NCBI GenBank assembly: GCA_963820825.1
Contig: CAWGBN010000006.1
Coordinates: forward strand, 416,001-480,000
DNA: 64,000 nucleotides
Source: Vulcanimicrobiota bacterium
GTDB lineage: Bacteria; Vulcanimicrobiota; Vulcanimicrobiia; Vulcanimicrobiales; Vulcanimicrobiaceae
Direction: 5' to 3'
In this document: in pieces, positions 10,945-21,654 of the stretch
How the letters are laid out: the number at the start of each line of letters is the position of its first letter
Numbering within the stretch: the first letter of the stretch is position 1
Notes under the pieces: model-generated
Told to the model about the DNA's origin: nothing
Database searches by the model: none
What the model saw: only the letters and a program-made list of their open reading frames with translations
Made by a program: the position numbers and the translations under genes

Positions 10945-13900
10945 ATGACTACACGCTTCGCCGCCGCCAAGCCGATTGCCGCGCTCGTCGCGATTGCGCT
11001 CCTTGCCGCGCCCTGGGGGGCGAGAGCCGGCACCACCGGCACGCTGCGCGGCCGCGTGGTCGACGCCGCGACCCGCGCGCCGATCGCCGGCGCGCAAGTC
11101 GTCGCGGTCTCTCCCTCGCAGACCGCGCAGAGCACCTCCGACGCCTCAGGCACCTTCACGTTCATCTCGTTGGCACCGGACACGTATACGGTGAGCGCGA
11201 GCAAGGCGGGCTACGATCCGCAATCGCAGCCCGGCATCTCGATCGTTGCCGATCAATCGGCGAACGTTACGATCGAGTTGCAGAAAACGATCAAGACGAT
11301 CGCGCACACGACGTCTCGCTCGACGCAATCGCTGGTGCACTCCGGGGTGACGAGCGACGTCTACTCGGTCAACGCTGCCGGACAGAAGGCGGCGTCGACG
11401 CTCGGCGGTTCCGGATCGATGACGCAAGCGTACGGCGCAATTGCGAGCGCGCCGGGCGTCAACATTCCCTCGAACCAACAGGGCTGGTATCAGAGCGTCT
11501 ACATCCGCGGCGGCGACGTCGATCAAGTTGCGTACGAGTTCGACGGCATTCAAATGACGCGGCAGTCCGACCTCGCGCCGATCGGAACGCTCACCTCACT
11601 TGGGAATCAAGAGGTGCAGGTCTACACCGGCGGGACGCCCGCGACCTCGAACTCGTCCGGCCTCGCCGGCTACATCAATCAAGTCATCAAGTCGGGAACC
11701 TTCCCCGGTTACGCCTCCGCCGATTTGGGCATCGGCGGACCGGCCTTCTACCATCAAGCGACGCTGGAGACCGGCGGCGCCACGCCCGACCGGCTCTTCT
11801 CGTACTACGTCGGCCTCTCGGGAACGAATCAAACGTATCGTTTCGGCGACCAGTACGGCGGCGTCAGCGATCCGCTCTACTTCTATCCGCTCAACGTTCC
11901 GTCGAACAACAACGTCTACAATATTCTCGACGGCTCTGCGGCAAGACAACCGAACTACGGCTTTCTCTACTCTCCCGGCTTCGCCTACGCGCAAGGCACC
12001 AACTTCGATCGCGAAAACGTCGTCAATCTCCATATCGGCATTCCGCACCACGACTCGGCGCTGCGCGACGACGTTCAGCTGCTCTACGTGACCGGCGGCA
12101 TTGCCGACCAGTTCTACAGCTCCGCCAACGACGTTTGGTACACGCCGTACGCCGGCAAGAAGACCGGCATCGGTTATCCGATGCCGTATCTCGATTCGCT
12201 CTACTACGGCGGCCCGCTCATGCAGTCGCCGCGACCGCAAGACCTCCTCGTCGGATTCTTCCCCAGCAGCCCCTCCGGCCGCGCACCCGGCTCTCCGGTC
12301 GGCGTTACCGACCGCGACGGAAACTGGAACGGCTACTCGATCGAAAAACTGCAGTATCAAAAGAATCTCGACCCGCATTCGTATTTGCGCGCGCTCGTCT
12401 GGGGCGCGTACTCGAATTGGTTCATCAACGGACCACAGAGCGCGCAGCTCGTCTTCGGATCGGATCCTGCCGATTACGAAGTCCTCGAGCACGGCTACGG
12501 CGGCACGCTCATCTACGCCAATCAGCTTGCTACCCAGAACCTCCTCACAGTCGAGGCGTCGTACATGACGCAGCGCCTGCAGACGTATAACGCCGCCTTC
12601 AGCTCGACCGATCCTTCGACGTCGAGTCTCGCACCGACGGGTCTGGGCACGATTCTCTCCAACTACGGAACGCCGAACGGCAAGTGTTACAACTACCAGA
12701 CGGGTCAACCGTGGAGCTGTTTCGACACGGGAAGCCAGGGAGGGTGTCTCACCTCGTTCGGATGCTATCCCGGCGAGGGCAAGTACAATTTCAATTTGAC
12801 GCCAGGTAATGCCCCCAAGGGTTCTCCGGCGGCAAGAGCCGGTGCGCGCTGGATGATGACCGAGAACGGAGAAAGCGCTCAGGTCGACGACGTAATGCCG
12901 CATTTCGGATCGGCGGCGATCACCGATTTGTATCAGCCCAACGATCGGCTCGTCATCAATCTCGGCGCTCGCATCGATCGCTTCGAGTATACGACCAACA
13001 ACCTCGAGGCAGGGTATCCGGCACGGCAGTTTTGGTTCAACGCCTACAACAACGAGTTTTGCGGCGCGCCGGGTAAGGCGACGCAGTGGAGCTGGGATTC
13101 GAACAGCAATTCCTTCGGCTCGTGTGCGCCGGGTCTGCAGCCGCTGAGCAATCCCGGCAATGGGTTGTACAACACGACGGGCTCGGACTTCGCCTCCTAC
13201 GTTTTTCAACCACGCGTCTCGTTCACGTATACGATCAATCCCGATACGGTGATCCGAGGCTCGGCGGGCAAATACGCCCGGGCCGAAGGCTCGTCGTACT
13301 ACCAATACAACACGTTCCAGCAGAATCTCGCCTCGTTCATCGCGCAGTTCTATCCCCTCGGCTACCATACGCCCGACCACGACATCTCACCCGATACCTC
13401 CGACAACTTCGATCTCTCGCTCGAGAAGCACGTGAAAGGCACGCAGCTCTCCTACAAGATCACGCCGTTCTATCGGTACACGACCAATCAGCTCCAGTTC
13501 CAGGCGATCAACCCGGTTCAAGGAACGCTCGCCGGGCTCAACGTCGGAACGCAGGAGTCGTACGGCGTCGAGCTCTCGCTGCAGTACGGCGATTTCAGCC
13601 GCAACGGCCTCTCGGGACTCTTCTCGTATACGCATACCGGGAATCGGGTCCGTTTCAGTCCGATCAACGGCGTCAGCGTGATCGACTCGCTCAACACGCA
13701 GATCGAGCTCTATAACTCCTATTCTGCGGCGTGCGCCGGCGTCACGAAGAGCTCGGCAAACTGGCGGGCCTGCGGCAGCGGCGCCTATGCGAACAATGCG
13801 ATGCCCGTGCTGCCGAACGATCAATCGGGAACCCGGAATCAGGGCAAACTCAAGATCCCCAATCCGTATTATCACGACGGGCTCCAGCCGCTCTTCGATA

Positions 13901-14523
13901 CGTCGGCGTGGTACGCACCATACGACGTGATCCCCAGTCCGTTCAATGCGGCCAACGGTTATTCGGTTCCCGACGTTGCGTCGCTCATTCTGAATTACCG
14001 GCACAACCGCTTTACGGTGACCCCGTCGGTGCATTACGCGAACGGGTCGAATTACGGATCGCCGCTGGTCTGGCCGGGATACGTTCCGCAGTCGTGCTCG
14101 AAGCAACCGGCTTCGACGCCCTTGACCCCGGGTGCGAGTTGCCCGGGCGGATCGATCGGCGCGGTCTTCCTGCCCGATCCCTACAGCGGCAAGTTCGACA
14201 ATCTCGGCGCCTTCATGGAGCCGGCCGAACTCTCCGCGAACCTGCAGGCGAGCTACGATCTCACGCCGCGCATGACGGTAACGGTGCAGGCCGTCAACCT
14301 CTACAATCAGTGCTTCCAGCGCGGGTATGCCTGGGATAACTCGGTGACCTGCGTATACTCGACGCTTCCCTCGAACATTCTCGCGCCGTCGGGTAACTTC
14401 GTAAAGAATCCGCCGCCTCAACTGCGCTATCCGTACGGAACGTTCTTCAACGTAACCGAAGTCGGGGTCTCGTCGGTACGTCAACCCTTCAGCTTCTTCG
14501 CCGACATCAGCATCAAGCTCTGA
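10945..14523 (+). CDS. TonB-dependent receptor-like outer membrane protein with N-terminal carboxypeptidase-regulatory-like domain
   Basis: Signal peptide; GTTGTLRGRVVD...APIAGAQV domain; plug-like YIRGG...YEFDGI; barrel-like strands (NLGARID, QPRVSFTY, DLSLEK); Cys-rich loops. Confidence 0.8.
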   Translation: MTTRFAAAKPIAALVAIALLAAPWGARAGTTGTLRGRVVDAATRAPIAGAQVVAVSPSQTAQSTSDASGTFTFISLAPDTYTVSASKAGYDPQSQPGISIVADQSANVTIELQKTIKTIAHTTSRSTQSLVHSGVTSDVYSVNAAGQKAASTLGGSGSMTQAYGAIASAPGVNIPSNQQGWYQSVYIRGGDVDQVAYEFDGIQMTRQSDLAPIGTLTSLGNQEVQVYTGGTPATSNSSGLAGYINQVIKSGTFPGYASADLGIGGPAFYHQATLETGGATPDRLFSYYVGLSGTNQTYRFGDQYGGVSDPLYFYPLNVPSNNNVYNILDGSAARQPNYGFLYSPGFAYAQGTNFDRENVVNLHIGIPHHDSALRDDVQLLYVTGGIADQFYSSANDVWYTPYAGKKTGIGYPMPYLDSLYYGGPLMQSPRPQDLLVGFFPSSPSGRAPGSPVGVTDRDGNWNGYSIEKLQYQKNLDPHSYLRALVWGAYSNWFINGPQSAQLVFGSDPADYEVLEHGYGGTLIYANQLATQNLLTVEASYMTQRLQTYNAAFSSTDPSTSSLAPTGLGTILSNYGTPNGKCYNYQTGQPWSCFDTGSQGGCLTSFGCYPGEGKYNFNLTPGNAPKGSPAARAGARWMMTENGESAQVDDVMPHFGSAAITDLYQPNDRLVINLGARIDRFEYTTNNLEAGYPARQFWFNAYNNEFCGAPGKATQWSWDSNSNSFGSCAPGLQPLSNPGNGLYNTTGSDFASYVFQPRVSFTYTINPDTVIRGSAGKYARAEGSSYYQYNTFQQNLASFIAQFYPLGYHTPDHDISPDTSDNFDLSLEKHVKGTQLSYKITPFYRYTTNQLQFQAINPVQGTLAGLNVGTQESYGVELSLQYGDFSRNGLSGLFSYTHTGNRVRFSPINGVSVIDSLNTQIELYNSYSAACAGVTKSSANWRACGSGAYANNAMPVLPNDQSGTRNQGKLKIPNPYYHDGLQPLFDTSAWYAPYDVIPSPFNAANGYSVPDVASLILNYRHNRFTVTPSVHYANGSNYGSPLVWPGYVPQSCSKQPASTPLTPGASCPGGSIGAVFLPDPYSGKFDNLGAFMEPAELSANLQASYDLTPRMTVTVQAVNLYNQCFQRGYAWDNSVTCVYSTLPSNILAPSGNFVKNPPPQLRYPYGTFFNVTEVGVSSVRQPFSFFADISIKL

Positions 14524-16073
14524 TGAATCGCCGCGACTTCGTGCGTGCGGCCGGCTCGGCCGCGCTCGGCCTTGCGGCCGTGCCGGGGTTCGTGGCGGCC
14601 GCAAGCTCGGCGGCGCGCGGACGCGAGCGGATCGCGATCGTCGGCGCGGGAATCGCCGGACTGGTGACGGCGATGCGCCTGCGCGATGCCGGCATCGGGT
14701 CGGTGATCTACGAATCGTCGTCGCGCGTCGGTGGACGCATGCACTCCGAGCGTAACTACTGGGATGCCGGGCAGCACACCGAGTGGTGCGGCGCGATGGT
14801 CGATTCGACCCACGTCAACATCCATCAACTCGCCCACCGCTTCCACCAAGGACTCCTCGATACGTACGCTGCCCGGCCGCCGCAAGCGCGCGACACCTGC
14901 TATCTCGACGGCCGTTACTACACGATGATCCAAGCCGATCGCGACTTCGCGCACGTCTATCAGATCATGCAAGAGCAGCTCGCGCACGTCGACCCGGCGA
15001 CGACCTACGCGACCGCGACGCCGGAGGCGCGCCGGCTCGACGCGATGAGCATGGCGGATTGGATCGTGCGTTACGTTCCCGGCGGGCTCGAATCGCAGCT
15101 GGGCAGGCTCATCGCGCAATCCTACCGGAACGAATACGGACGCGAGATCGAGCAGCTTAGCGCGCTCAATCTCGTCATGCAGCTCGGCGTGCAGAAGCAC
15201 TACGCGCAGAACCACGAGATGAACGTACTGGGATACTCCGATCAGCGCTACATCTTGGCAAACGGAAGCCAATCGCTTCCCGAAGCGATTGCGGCCTGGC
15301 TTCCCGCGGGCACCGTGCGCTTCGACCGGCGTCTGCTCTCGATTCGCCGTCTCGCCGGCGGTGCGTACGAGTTGCGCTTCGATCACGCGGGGAGGCTCGA
15401 AACGGTTCTCGCCGACCGCGTCGTGCTCGCTCTCCCTTTCATTGCGCTGCGGGCGCTGGATTATTCGGGCGCGGGATTCGATGCGGCGAAGATCAACGCG
15501 ATCGAGAACCTCGGCTACGGATACCACACCAAGCTGCACCTGCAGTTCGACCGCCGCGCCTGGATGCGTGCCGATCATCCGTGGCCCGAACCGACGACCG
15601 GACAGATTTGGACGACGCTCACCGTGCAGAGCTCGCTCGACTTCTCGCTCGGACAGCGCGGCGAACAGGGGCTCCTCGAAGTCTTTACCGCGGCCGGGCC
15701 GGCGATGCTCGATACGCCGCCGATGCCGTACGCGCGTGTCGGCGAGGCCGGCGCCGTCGATTGGCACGTGCGCGACTTCTTCGAAGAGCTCGATCGTATT
15801 TGGCCCGGCGTTGCGTCGACGTGGAACGGCAAGGCGACGTTCGGCAACGCGCAGGCCGACCCGAACATCCTCGCGAGTTACTCCTGCTGGCTGGTCGGAC
15901 AGTACACGACGATCGCCGGACACGAGGCGGAAGCGCAGGGACGCGTGCATTTTGCCGGCGAGCATACGTCGGTTGAGTATCAGGGCTTTATGGAAGGCGG
16001 AGCCGAATCGGGATTCCGGGCGGCGGATGAGATCCTTGCGGATTACCGGATTCGTCTAAAACCAACCGGCTAG
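14523..16073 (+). CDS. Tat-exported flavin monoamine/polyamine oxidase family protein
   Basis: MNRRDFV twin-arginine signal, VGAGIAG FAD motif, RVGGR, HFAGEHT...GFMEGGAESG. TGATG overlap with the receptor gene. Confidence 0.88.
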   Translation: MNRRDFVRAAGSAALGLAAVPGFVAAASSAARGRERIAIVGAGIAGLVTAMRLRDAGIGSVIYESSSRVGGRMHSERNYWDAGQHTEWCGAMVDSTHVNIHQLAHRFHQGLLDTYAARPPQARDTCYLDGRYYTMIQADRDFAHVYQIMQEQLAHVDPATTYATATPEARRLDAMSMADWIVRYVPGGLESQLGRLIAQSYRNEYGREIEQLSALNLVMQLGVQKHYAQNHEMNVLGYSDQRYILANGSQSLPEAIAAWLPAGTVRFDRRLLSIRRLAGGAYELRFDHAGRLETVLADRVVLALPFIALRALDYSGAGFDAAKINAIENLGYGYHTKLHLQFDRRAWMRADHPWPEPTTGQIWTTLTVQSSLDFSLGQRGEQGLLEVFTAAGPAMLDTPPMPYARVGEAGAVDWHVRDFFEELDRIWPGVASTWNGKATFGNAQADPNILASYSCWLVGQYTTIAGHEAEAQGRVHFAGEHTSVEYQGFMEGGAESGFRAADEILADYRIRLKPTG

Positions 16074-16081
16074 CAGACGCC

Positions 16082-17944
16082 GTGCACATCGTCGGAACCG
16101 CCGGTCACGTCGACCACGGAAAGTCGGCGCTCATCGCCGCGCTCACCGGGACGAATCCCGACCGCTGGATCGAGGAGCAGATGCGGGGCATGACGCTCGA
16201 CCTTGGGTTCGCGCACCTTCGCTTCGACGACGGCATCGAAGGCGGCATCGTCGACGTGCCGGGACACGAGCGCTTCCTGCACAACATGCTTGCCGGCGCC
16301 GCCGGTATGGAACTGCTGCTGCTCGTAATCGACGCGAACGAAGGCGTGATGCCGCAGACGCTCGAGCACCTGCAGATCTTGCAGTTTCTCAACGTGCGGC
16401 GCGTGCTCGTCGCCGCGACGAAGATCGACCTGATCGCGCCGGCCGAGCGCGACGCGGCCTACGAGCGAATTCGCGAGCAGCTGCGCGAGACGATCGCAGC
16501 CGAAGCGCCGATCGTCGCCGTCTCCGCAGTGACCGGCGAGAATCTCGAGGCTCTTAAAGTCGCGCTGCATGACGAGCTGGCAGCCTTACCGCCGCGCAAC
16601 GTCAACGCGCCGGCCTACCTGCCGATCGATCGCGCGTTCGCGTTGCCCGGGCTCGGAACGATCGTCACCGGAACGCTGATGCAGGGCAGCGTCGCCGCCG
16701 GCGAGACGCTCGTCCTCGAACCGGGAGGCGCGCCGGCGCACGTTCGCAGCATCGGCGTCTTTGAATCGACTCGCAAACGAGTCGAGGCTGGGGCGCGGGT
16801 CGCGCTCAACCTGCCCGGAATCGATCGTGCCCAGCTCGTGCGCGGCCGAGCGATCGTCGGACGCGAGCTAAGTGCGATGCAGCATTTCGGCGTCCGTTTT
16901 ACGCCGCTGGAGAGCGCGCTTGGGTTCTTGCGGCGGCGCACGCCAGTGCGCGCCTACATCGGGTCGGCCGAGATTCTCGGCACGCTCGTCTTGCGCGAAG
17001 CGCTCGCCGGTGCGCGCGAGGTGCGCGCCGAGCTCTTGCTGCGCGAACCGGTCGTAGCCTTTCCGAATCTGCGCTTCGTGCTGCGTCGTCCGTCGCCGAT
17101 GACGCTGCTCGGCGGCGGCTACGTCGAGGGCGTCGAGCTCGCCGCAACGGCGGCCGGCCGTGATGCCGACGAAGAAGCGGTGCTGGCGGTTCTTCGCGAA
17201 AGAGGCCTCGAAGCGATCGAGCTTAGCACGATCGCGTTTGCTGCCAACCTCCGCGAACAAGCAGCGCGCGATGCCGCCGGCCGGCTCGTCGAGCAAGGAG
17301 AAGTGATTCGCGTGGCGCGGCCGACGGCATACGTCGACGCCGCCGCGGGAGCGGCGATGTTTTCACGCATGCTCGCACAACTCGAGGAGGCGCATCGCAG
17401 CGAACCGTGGGCGCTTGGAATGACCTCGATCGCGCTCGCGCGCGCGCTCGACGTGCCCGAGCCGACGCTCGTTCGCGTCGCCGAGCACTTCGTCGAGAGC
17501 GGCCGCCTCTCCAACCGGGGCGGATACTACGCGGCGATCGATCACCAACCGTCCTTCACGCCGGAGCAGGGGGTCTTCTTCGAGTATCTCGTTGCGGTCG
17601 ACGAGGCGCGCCCGTTTGCGCCGATTCCCTTTGCCGGCGCCGCTTCGGCGGTCAAGCTCTCGCAGGTGACCGGACTCGCGAAGGCTTTCGATACGATGCT
17701 CGCCCACGGCGCGTTCGTAAAGGTCGGCGACGATCTCTACCGTGGCACGCAGATCGCCCGGATTCGCGCCCGCGTCGAAGCGCATTTTCGGCTGCGCGAT
17801 CGCATGACGGCCTCGGAGTTTCGCGATATGCTCAAGACGTCGCGAAAGTACGCCGTGCCGCTGCTCGAGTGGCTCGACTCGCGCGGCGTGACGATCCGCG
17901 ACGGCGACTACCGGACGCTCAGACGGAAGGAGAACAACCGATGA
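16082..17944 (+). CDS. selB: Selenocysteine-specific elongation factor SelB
   Basis: GTAGHVDHGKS, RGMTLDLGF, DVPGHERF; C-terminal winged-helix SRKYAVPLLEWLD. Confidence 0.95.
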   Translation: MHIVGTAGHVDHGKSALIAALTGTNPDRWIEEQMRGMTLDLGFAHLRFDDGIEGGIVDVPGHERFLHNMLAGAAGMELLLLVIDANEGVMPQTLEHLQILQFLNVRRVLVAATKIDLIAPAERDAAYERIREQLRETIAAEAPIVAVSAVTGENLEALKVALHDELAALPPRNVNAPAYLPIDRAFALPGLGTIVTGTLMQGSVAAGETLVLEPGGAPAHVRSIGVFESTRKRVEAGARVALNLPGIDRAQLVRGRAIVGRELSAMQHFGVRFTPLESALGFLRRRTPVRAYIGSAEILGTLVLREALAGAREVRAELLLREPVVAFPNLRFVLRRPSPMTLLGGGYVEGVELAATAAGRDADEEAVLAVLRERGLEAIELSTIAFAANLREQAARDAAGRLVEQGEVIRVARPTAYVDAAAGAAMFSRMLAQLEEAHRSEPWALGMTSIALARALDVPEPTLVRVAEHFVESGRLSNRGGYYAAIDHQPSFTPEQGVFFEYLVAVDEARPFAPIPFAGAASAVKLSQVTGLAKAFDTMLAHGAFVKVGDDLYRGTQIARIRARVEAHFRLRDRMTASEFRDMLKTSRKYAVPLLEWLDSRGVTIRDGDYRTLRRKENNR

Positions 17945-18912
17945 AGTCTCTGCAATCGGCATTAGGGGCGCTCGCGGCCTGTACGCTCGCGGCGTGCGGT
18001 GCGCCGAGCCTCGCTCCCGCGAATCCGCCCGCGACGATTTCGGCGCCCGGTTTTGCGCCGCTCTTCGTCACCGCGGGCGATGAGGCGAGCGCGCGAAACG
18101 CGCGCATCCTCTCCTACCACGTCATGCATCTGCGCACGCGCGGACGAGCGACGCTTCACTCCGGCGTACGGAAGAAGTACCCGGCCGACTTGGTTCGCAA
18201 GAGGGGCCCGATCATGCGCAGCGCCGCTTCGTTCAACATCTACGTGAACTGCAGGCAGAGCGGCGAAGCCTGTTGGGGCGACCCCGAAGGCTTCCAGAAG
18301 GCCCTGGCCGGCAGCACCTTTGCGGCACTGCTGACGCAATATACCAAGTCGCCGCCGAGCGCGTACACGTTCGGAGGCGCCTTCTCCGTGAAGTACCACA
18401 CGTACACGAAGCTCTTCTACCAGAACGATCTGCTCTCGGTCGTCCATGCGGCGCTTACGAAGAATGGAATGCAGGCGGGATACGCGACGATCTACCACGT
18501 CTTTCTGCCCAAGGGCACGGACACGTGCTTCGACCGTTCGCGCTCCTGCTACTCACCCGATCATCGGCGCACCTTCGATTTCTGCGCCTATCACGAGAGC
18601 GTCGCATTCAAGGACGTTTCCAAAGCGGTAATCGTCTCGATCGAGCCGTATCAAAAGGTCCCGGGCTGCGAATCGCGCGCCTCCGCGGGAGCGAGCGCGC
18701 TCACCAATTCGACCGCATCGACGCTCGGGCACGAGACCTTCGAATCGATCACCGATCCGGGCCCGGCGTTCGCGTGGTTCAACTTCACCTTCTTCGAGGA
18801 AGTCGCCGACCTCTGCGAGACGTTCGAATGGAAGATCTCGGTCAACGGAACGGCCTATAGCCTGCAGCCGATGTACTCGAACGAATACCACGCGTGCGCC
18901 GACGGGCCCTAA
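17941..18912 (+). CDS. Lipoprotein, Phi-1/EXORDIUM-like domain
   Basis: Lipobox LAAC; FCAYH, HETFESITDP and EVADLC motifs. ATG at 17941 overlaps the selB stop. Confidence 0.6.
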   Translation: MKSLQSALGALAACTLAACGAPSLAPANPPATISAPGFAPLFVTAGDEASARNARILSYHVMHLRTRGRATLHSGVRKKYPADLVRKRGPIMRSAASFNIYVNCRQSGEACWGDPEGFQKALAGSTFAALLTQYTKSPPSAYTFGGAFSVKYHTYTKLFYQNDLLSVVHAALTKNGMQAGYATIYHVFLPKGTDTCFDRSRSCYSPDHRRTFDFCAYHESVAFKDVSKAVIVSIEPYQKVPGCESRASAGASALTNSTASTLGHETFESITDPGPAFAWFNFTFFEEVADLCETFEWKISVNGTAYSLQPMYSNEYHACADGP

Positions 18913-20012
18913 CGGCATTCGCGCTGCTTGCCGGTTGCGGGCCTGCCCCTGCCCTGGTCGCGCCCGTGCCGCCACCTGCCGTGACCGCTCGCGGGCCGAT
19001 GGTTATTCGAAACGAACATCACCGTTCGTACGCCGGATTGAAACTCTCGACGCAGACGGGTGATTGTCTGCAGATCGTGGATTCGAGCGAGATCACGATC
19101 GCGAACTCGCAGATCGGGCCCTGCGGCGGCAACGGCATCGCCGTCAGCGGCGGAGGTTCGATCGGAATCTACGACAGCTACGTCCACCCGGAGAGGCGCG
19201 CCGCGCGATGCTGCGATACCAACGACGGGATTCTCGTCGAGCGGACGCACGATGTGACGATTCAGGGAGACGTCGTCGCCTACGGCGAGTCGAACGTCGA
19301 AGCGCCGCAGCGCGTCGACGGCTTGGCCGTCGTCGGGAACTTTCTGCTCAATCCGCGCGGTCCGTACCCCCGCGGCCAGAACGTGCAGGCGTGGAACGCA
19401 ACCGGCGTCGTCGTCCGCGACAACTATACGCTGAGCAGCCGCGACGCGCGCCGTTTCCGCTTTCCCGGCGAGCAGCAAGACTCGATCAACTTCGGCCGCG
19501 GCTCGAAGTTCGCCGCGGAGCGAAACTACGTCTCCGGCGGCGATTCCAAGTCGGGCTGCGGCCTCATCGCGGACGATGCCGCGAACGGAGTTCGCATCGT
19601 TTCGAACAGCTTGCTCGACTCGGGCCAGTGCGGGATCGGCATTGCGAGTGGGAGCGCGCAGCTGGTCGACGGGAATCGCGTTCTCAACCGTACGCCGGTG
19701 CCTGGCGCAGGCAACACGGCGATCTACGTCTGGAACCAATACCACGGCGTGCCTTGCGGGCCGGTCACCATAACGCACAATGTGGCGACGGAGATCCGCA
19801 AGGACGGTTCGCAGTCGGGATTCTGGAACGGCGGCGGTTGCAATCCGGTCCACATGCATCACAACGTTTGGAATGAAGCCGCGGAAAAGCGACTCACGCC
19901 ACCCGGTAAGAGAATGCCGCCGCCGCAGATTCCGCCGCAACCGAAATCCTGCGTCGCGCGCTCGCCGTACTCCACGCAGCAGCATTGGCCGGCGTGCGGT
20001 CCAAACGCTTGA
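18894..20012 (+). CDS. Lipoprotein with right-handed parallel beta-helix repeats
   Basis: LAGC lipobox; repeated GI.I/V..N motifs. Confidence 0.65.
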   Translation: MRRRALTAFALLAGCGPAPALVAPVPPPAVTARGPMVIRNEHHRSYAGLKLSTQTGDCLQIVDSSEITIANSQIGPCGGNGIAVSGGGSIGIYDSYVHPERRAARCCDTNDGILVERTHDVTIQGDVVAYGESNVEAPQRVDGLAVVGNFLLNPRGPYPRGQNVQAWNATGVVVRDNYTLSSRDARRFRFPGEQQDSINFGRGSKFAAERNYVSGGDSKSGCGLIADDAANGVRIVSNSLLDSGQCGIGIASGSAQLVDGNRVLNRTPVPGAGNTAIYVWNQYHGVPCGPVTITHNVATEIRKDGSQSGFWNGGGCNPVHMHHNVWNEAAEKRLTPPGKRMPPPQIPPQPKSCVARSPYSTQQHWPACGPNA

Positions 20013-20066
20013 ACTAGCCTCCCGGCAGGCGTATACTTGACCACCCCATCCGAAAGGAGGTTCTCT

Positions 20067-20489
20067 ATGCGACTTGCCGGTTTGGCGACGTTCGCTCTCG
20101 TTGTCGTCGGCGCGTTCGCGCTCGGCCGAACGACGGTCTCTGCGCCCGCGGCGGCCGCGATGCAGCCGGCGGTGGTCTTCTCGCACTTCGAGTGTTATCA
20201 GGCGGCGTTCAAAGGCAAATATAGCGGCGCGAACGTCGAACTGACCGATCAGTTTCAGCAGTACCAGACGGGGATCGGTCAACCGGAGCTCTTCTGCACG
20301 CCGGTAACAAAGAAGGTCATTTCGGGGCCGAACCTGCACGTACCGCGCCCCGCGGATCACCTGACCTGTTACTCGATGCAGGGGCCGAATCCCAATCAGA
20401 GCCGTCCGTTCGTAAATCAGTTCGAACGCGGAACGGTGACGGTCGGTCAACCGATCATGCTCTGCCTGCCGACGAACAAAACGGGATAG
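20067..20489 (+). CDS. Secreted hypothetical protein with two internal Cys-containing repeats
   Basis: AGGAGG RBS; signal peptide; HFECY..TDQF..LFCTP repeated as HLTCY..VNQF..MLCLP. Confidence 0.7.
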   Translation: MRLAGLATFALVVVGAFALGRTTVSAPAAAAMQPAVVFSHFECYQAAFKGKYSGANVELTDQFQQYQTGIGQPELFCTPVTKKVISGPNLHVPRPADHLTCYSMQGPNPNQSRPFVNQFERGTVTVGQPIMLCLPTNKTG

Positions 20490-20490
20490 C

Positions 20491-21579
20491 CTATAGATGG
20501 AATAGCGTCAGGATGCCGATCACCACTTCGAAGGCGACGAGCACGACGATCAGCACTTCGAGAAACTCATCGCGGCGGCTTCGTGCCTCGTCGCTGAAGA
20601 ATCGGTACATCTCGCCGACGCTGGCGAGTTTCGTATCGATCTGACGCTGCCAATCGGCAAGGCCGAGACGCGCCGCCGCGGCGCGGTAGATGCGAGCGTA
20701 GTAGGCGTCGCCCACGATCTTTAGCGCGTTGGTCGAGCGGTCCGTCAGCTCGAGCACGTCGACGATCAAGTAGCGAACGGTCGCCGCCTGCTCCGCCTCG
20801 CGGCGCCCGCGCAGCGACCGAAGCGGCGCTCGCGGCTGCATCTTGTAGATCGTATCGAGCTCGCGATCGAGCAGCGCGTCGTAGGTGCGAAGCTCGAGCA
20901 GCTGCGAGTTGGCAAACTCCAGAATCTCTTCGATCGCTCGAGCGCTCTCGCCGCGGTCGTAGACGATCGCGGTATCCCACTGCACGATCGTCAAGTCGTC
21001 CTGATGATACGAGAACCGCGTTCGCAGCGCTTCGGCGGTCTCGGTCGCCGAAAGCGTCCGGCGCTCGCCGAGCAAGAGGCTCGCGATCTCGGCGGAGCGA
21101 TCGCGCAGAAGCCGTTCGGCCTCGATGGGTTCGGAGAATCTCTCGAGCTCGACGATCAGGTAATCCTCGACGAGCGGGGTATGGCGCTCGTCGAGCGCGT
21201 CGGCGCAGGTCTCGCAAATGCGCGCTACTTCCGACTCGGCGAAGCGGAGAATCCGTTCGTCGCTGCGAGCGCGCTCCGCCAGCGCGTCGAGCGCGTTCCA
21301 CGTTCCGGTGAATGGAAAGGTAAAACAGACCGAGATGACGCCGTAATCGTAGAACTTCGCCCGAACGCTCGACCGAATGCCGTCAAAATCGGCATCGGGA
21401 AGGTTGGCGACGACCGGTGGAACCGGAAACTGCAAGTACGGCGGCGCTTGGCGCCGTAACGGGAGCGCCGCCGGCGCGCGCGTCTCGCCGCCGAGTGCGT
21501 CGACTTTGATCAGATCGATCGTGTCGGCGACGTCGAAGAGATAGTAGGCGCGTATGGCACCGCCGGCAACATCGAGCAT
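20491..21579 (-). CDS. RMD1/DUF155-like protein with a C-terminal transmembrane segment
   Basis: YDYGVIS, LEFANSQLLELRTYD, VGDAYYARIY, C-terminal FLEVLIVVLVAFEV. Confidence 0.65.
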   Translation of the reverse strand: MLDVAGGAIRAYYLFDVADTIDLIKVDALGGETRAPAALPLRRQAPPYLQFPVPPVVANLPDADFDGIRSSVRAKFYDYGVISVCFTFPFTGTWNALDALAERARSDERILRFAESEVARICETCADALDERHTPLVEDYLIVELERFSEPIEAERLLRDRSAEIASLLLGERRTLSATETAEALRTRFSYHQDDLTIVQWDTAIVYDRGESARAIEEILEFANSQLLELRTYDALLDRELDTIYKMQPRAPLRSLRGRREAEQAATVRYLIVDVLELTDRSTNALKIVGDAYYARIYRAAAARLGLADWQRQIDTKLASVGEMYRFFSDEARSRRDEFLEVLIVVLVAFEVVIGILTLFHL

Positions 21580-21654
21580 TGAACGCGCCCTTCCGACCGC
21601 GCAAGACGGGCTCCTTCGACAGGCTGCGCCACGGAATGAGGCAAAGAAGTCGCG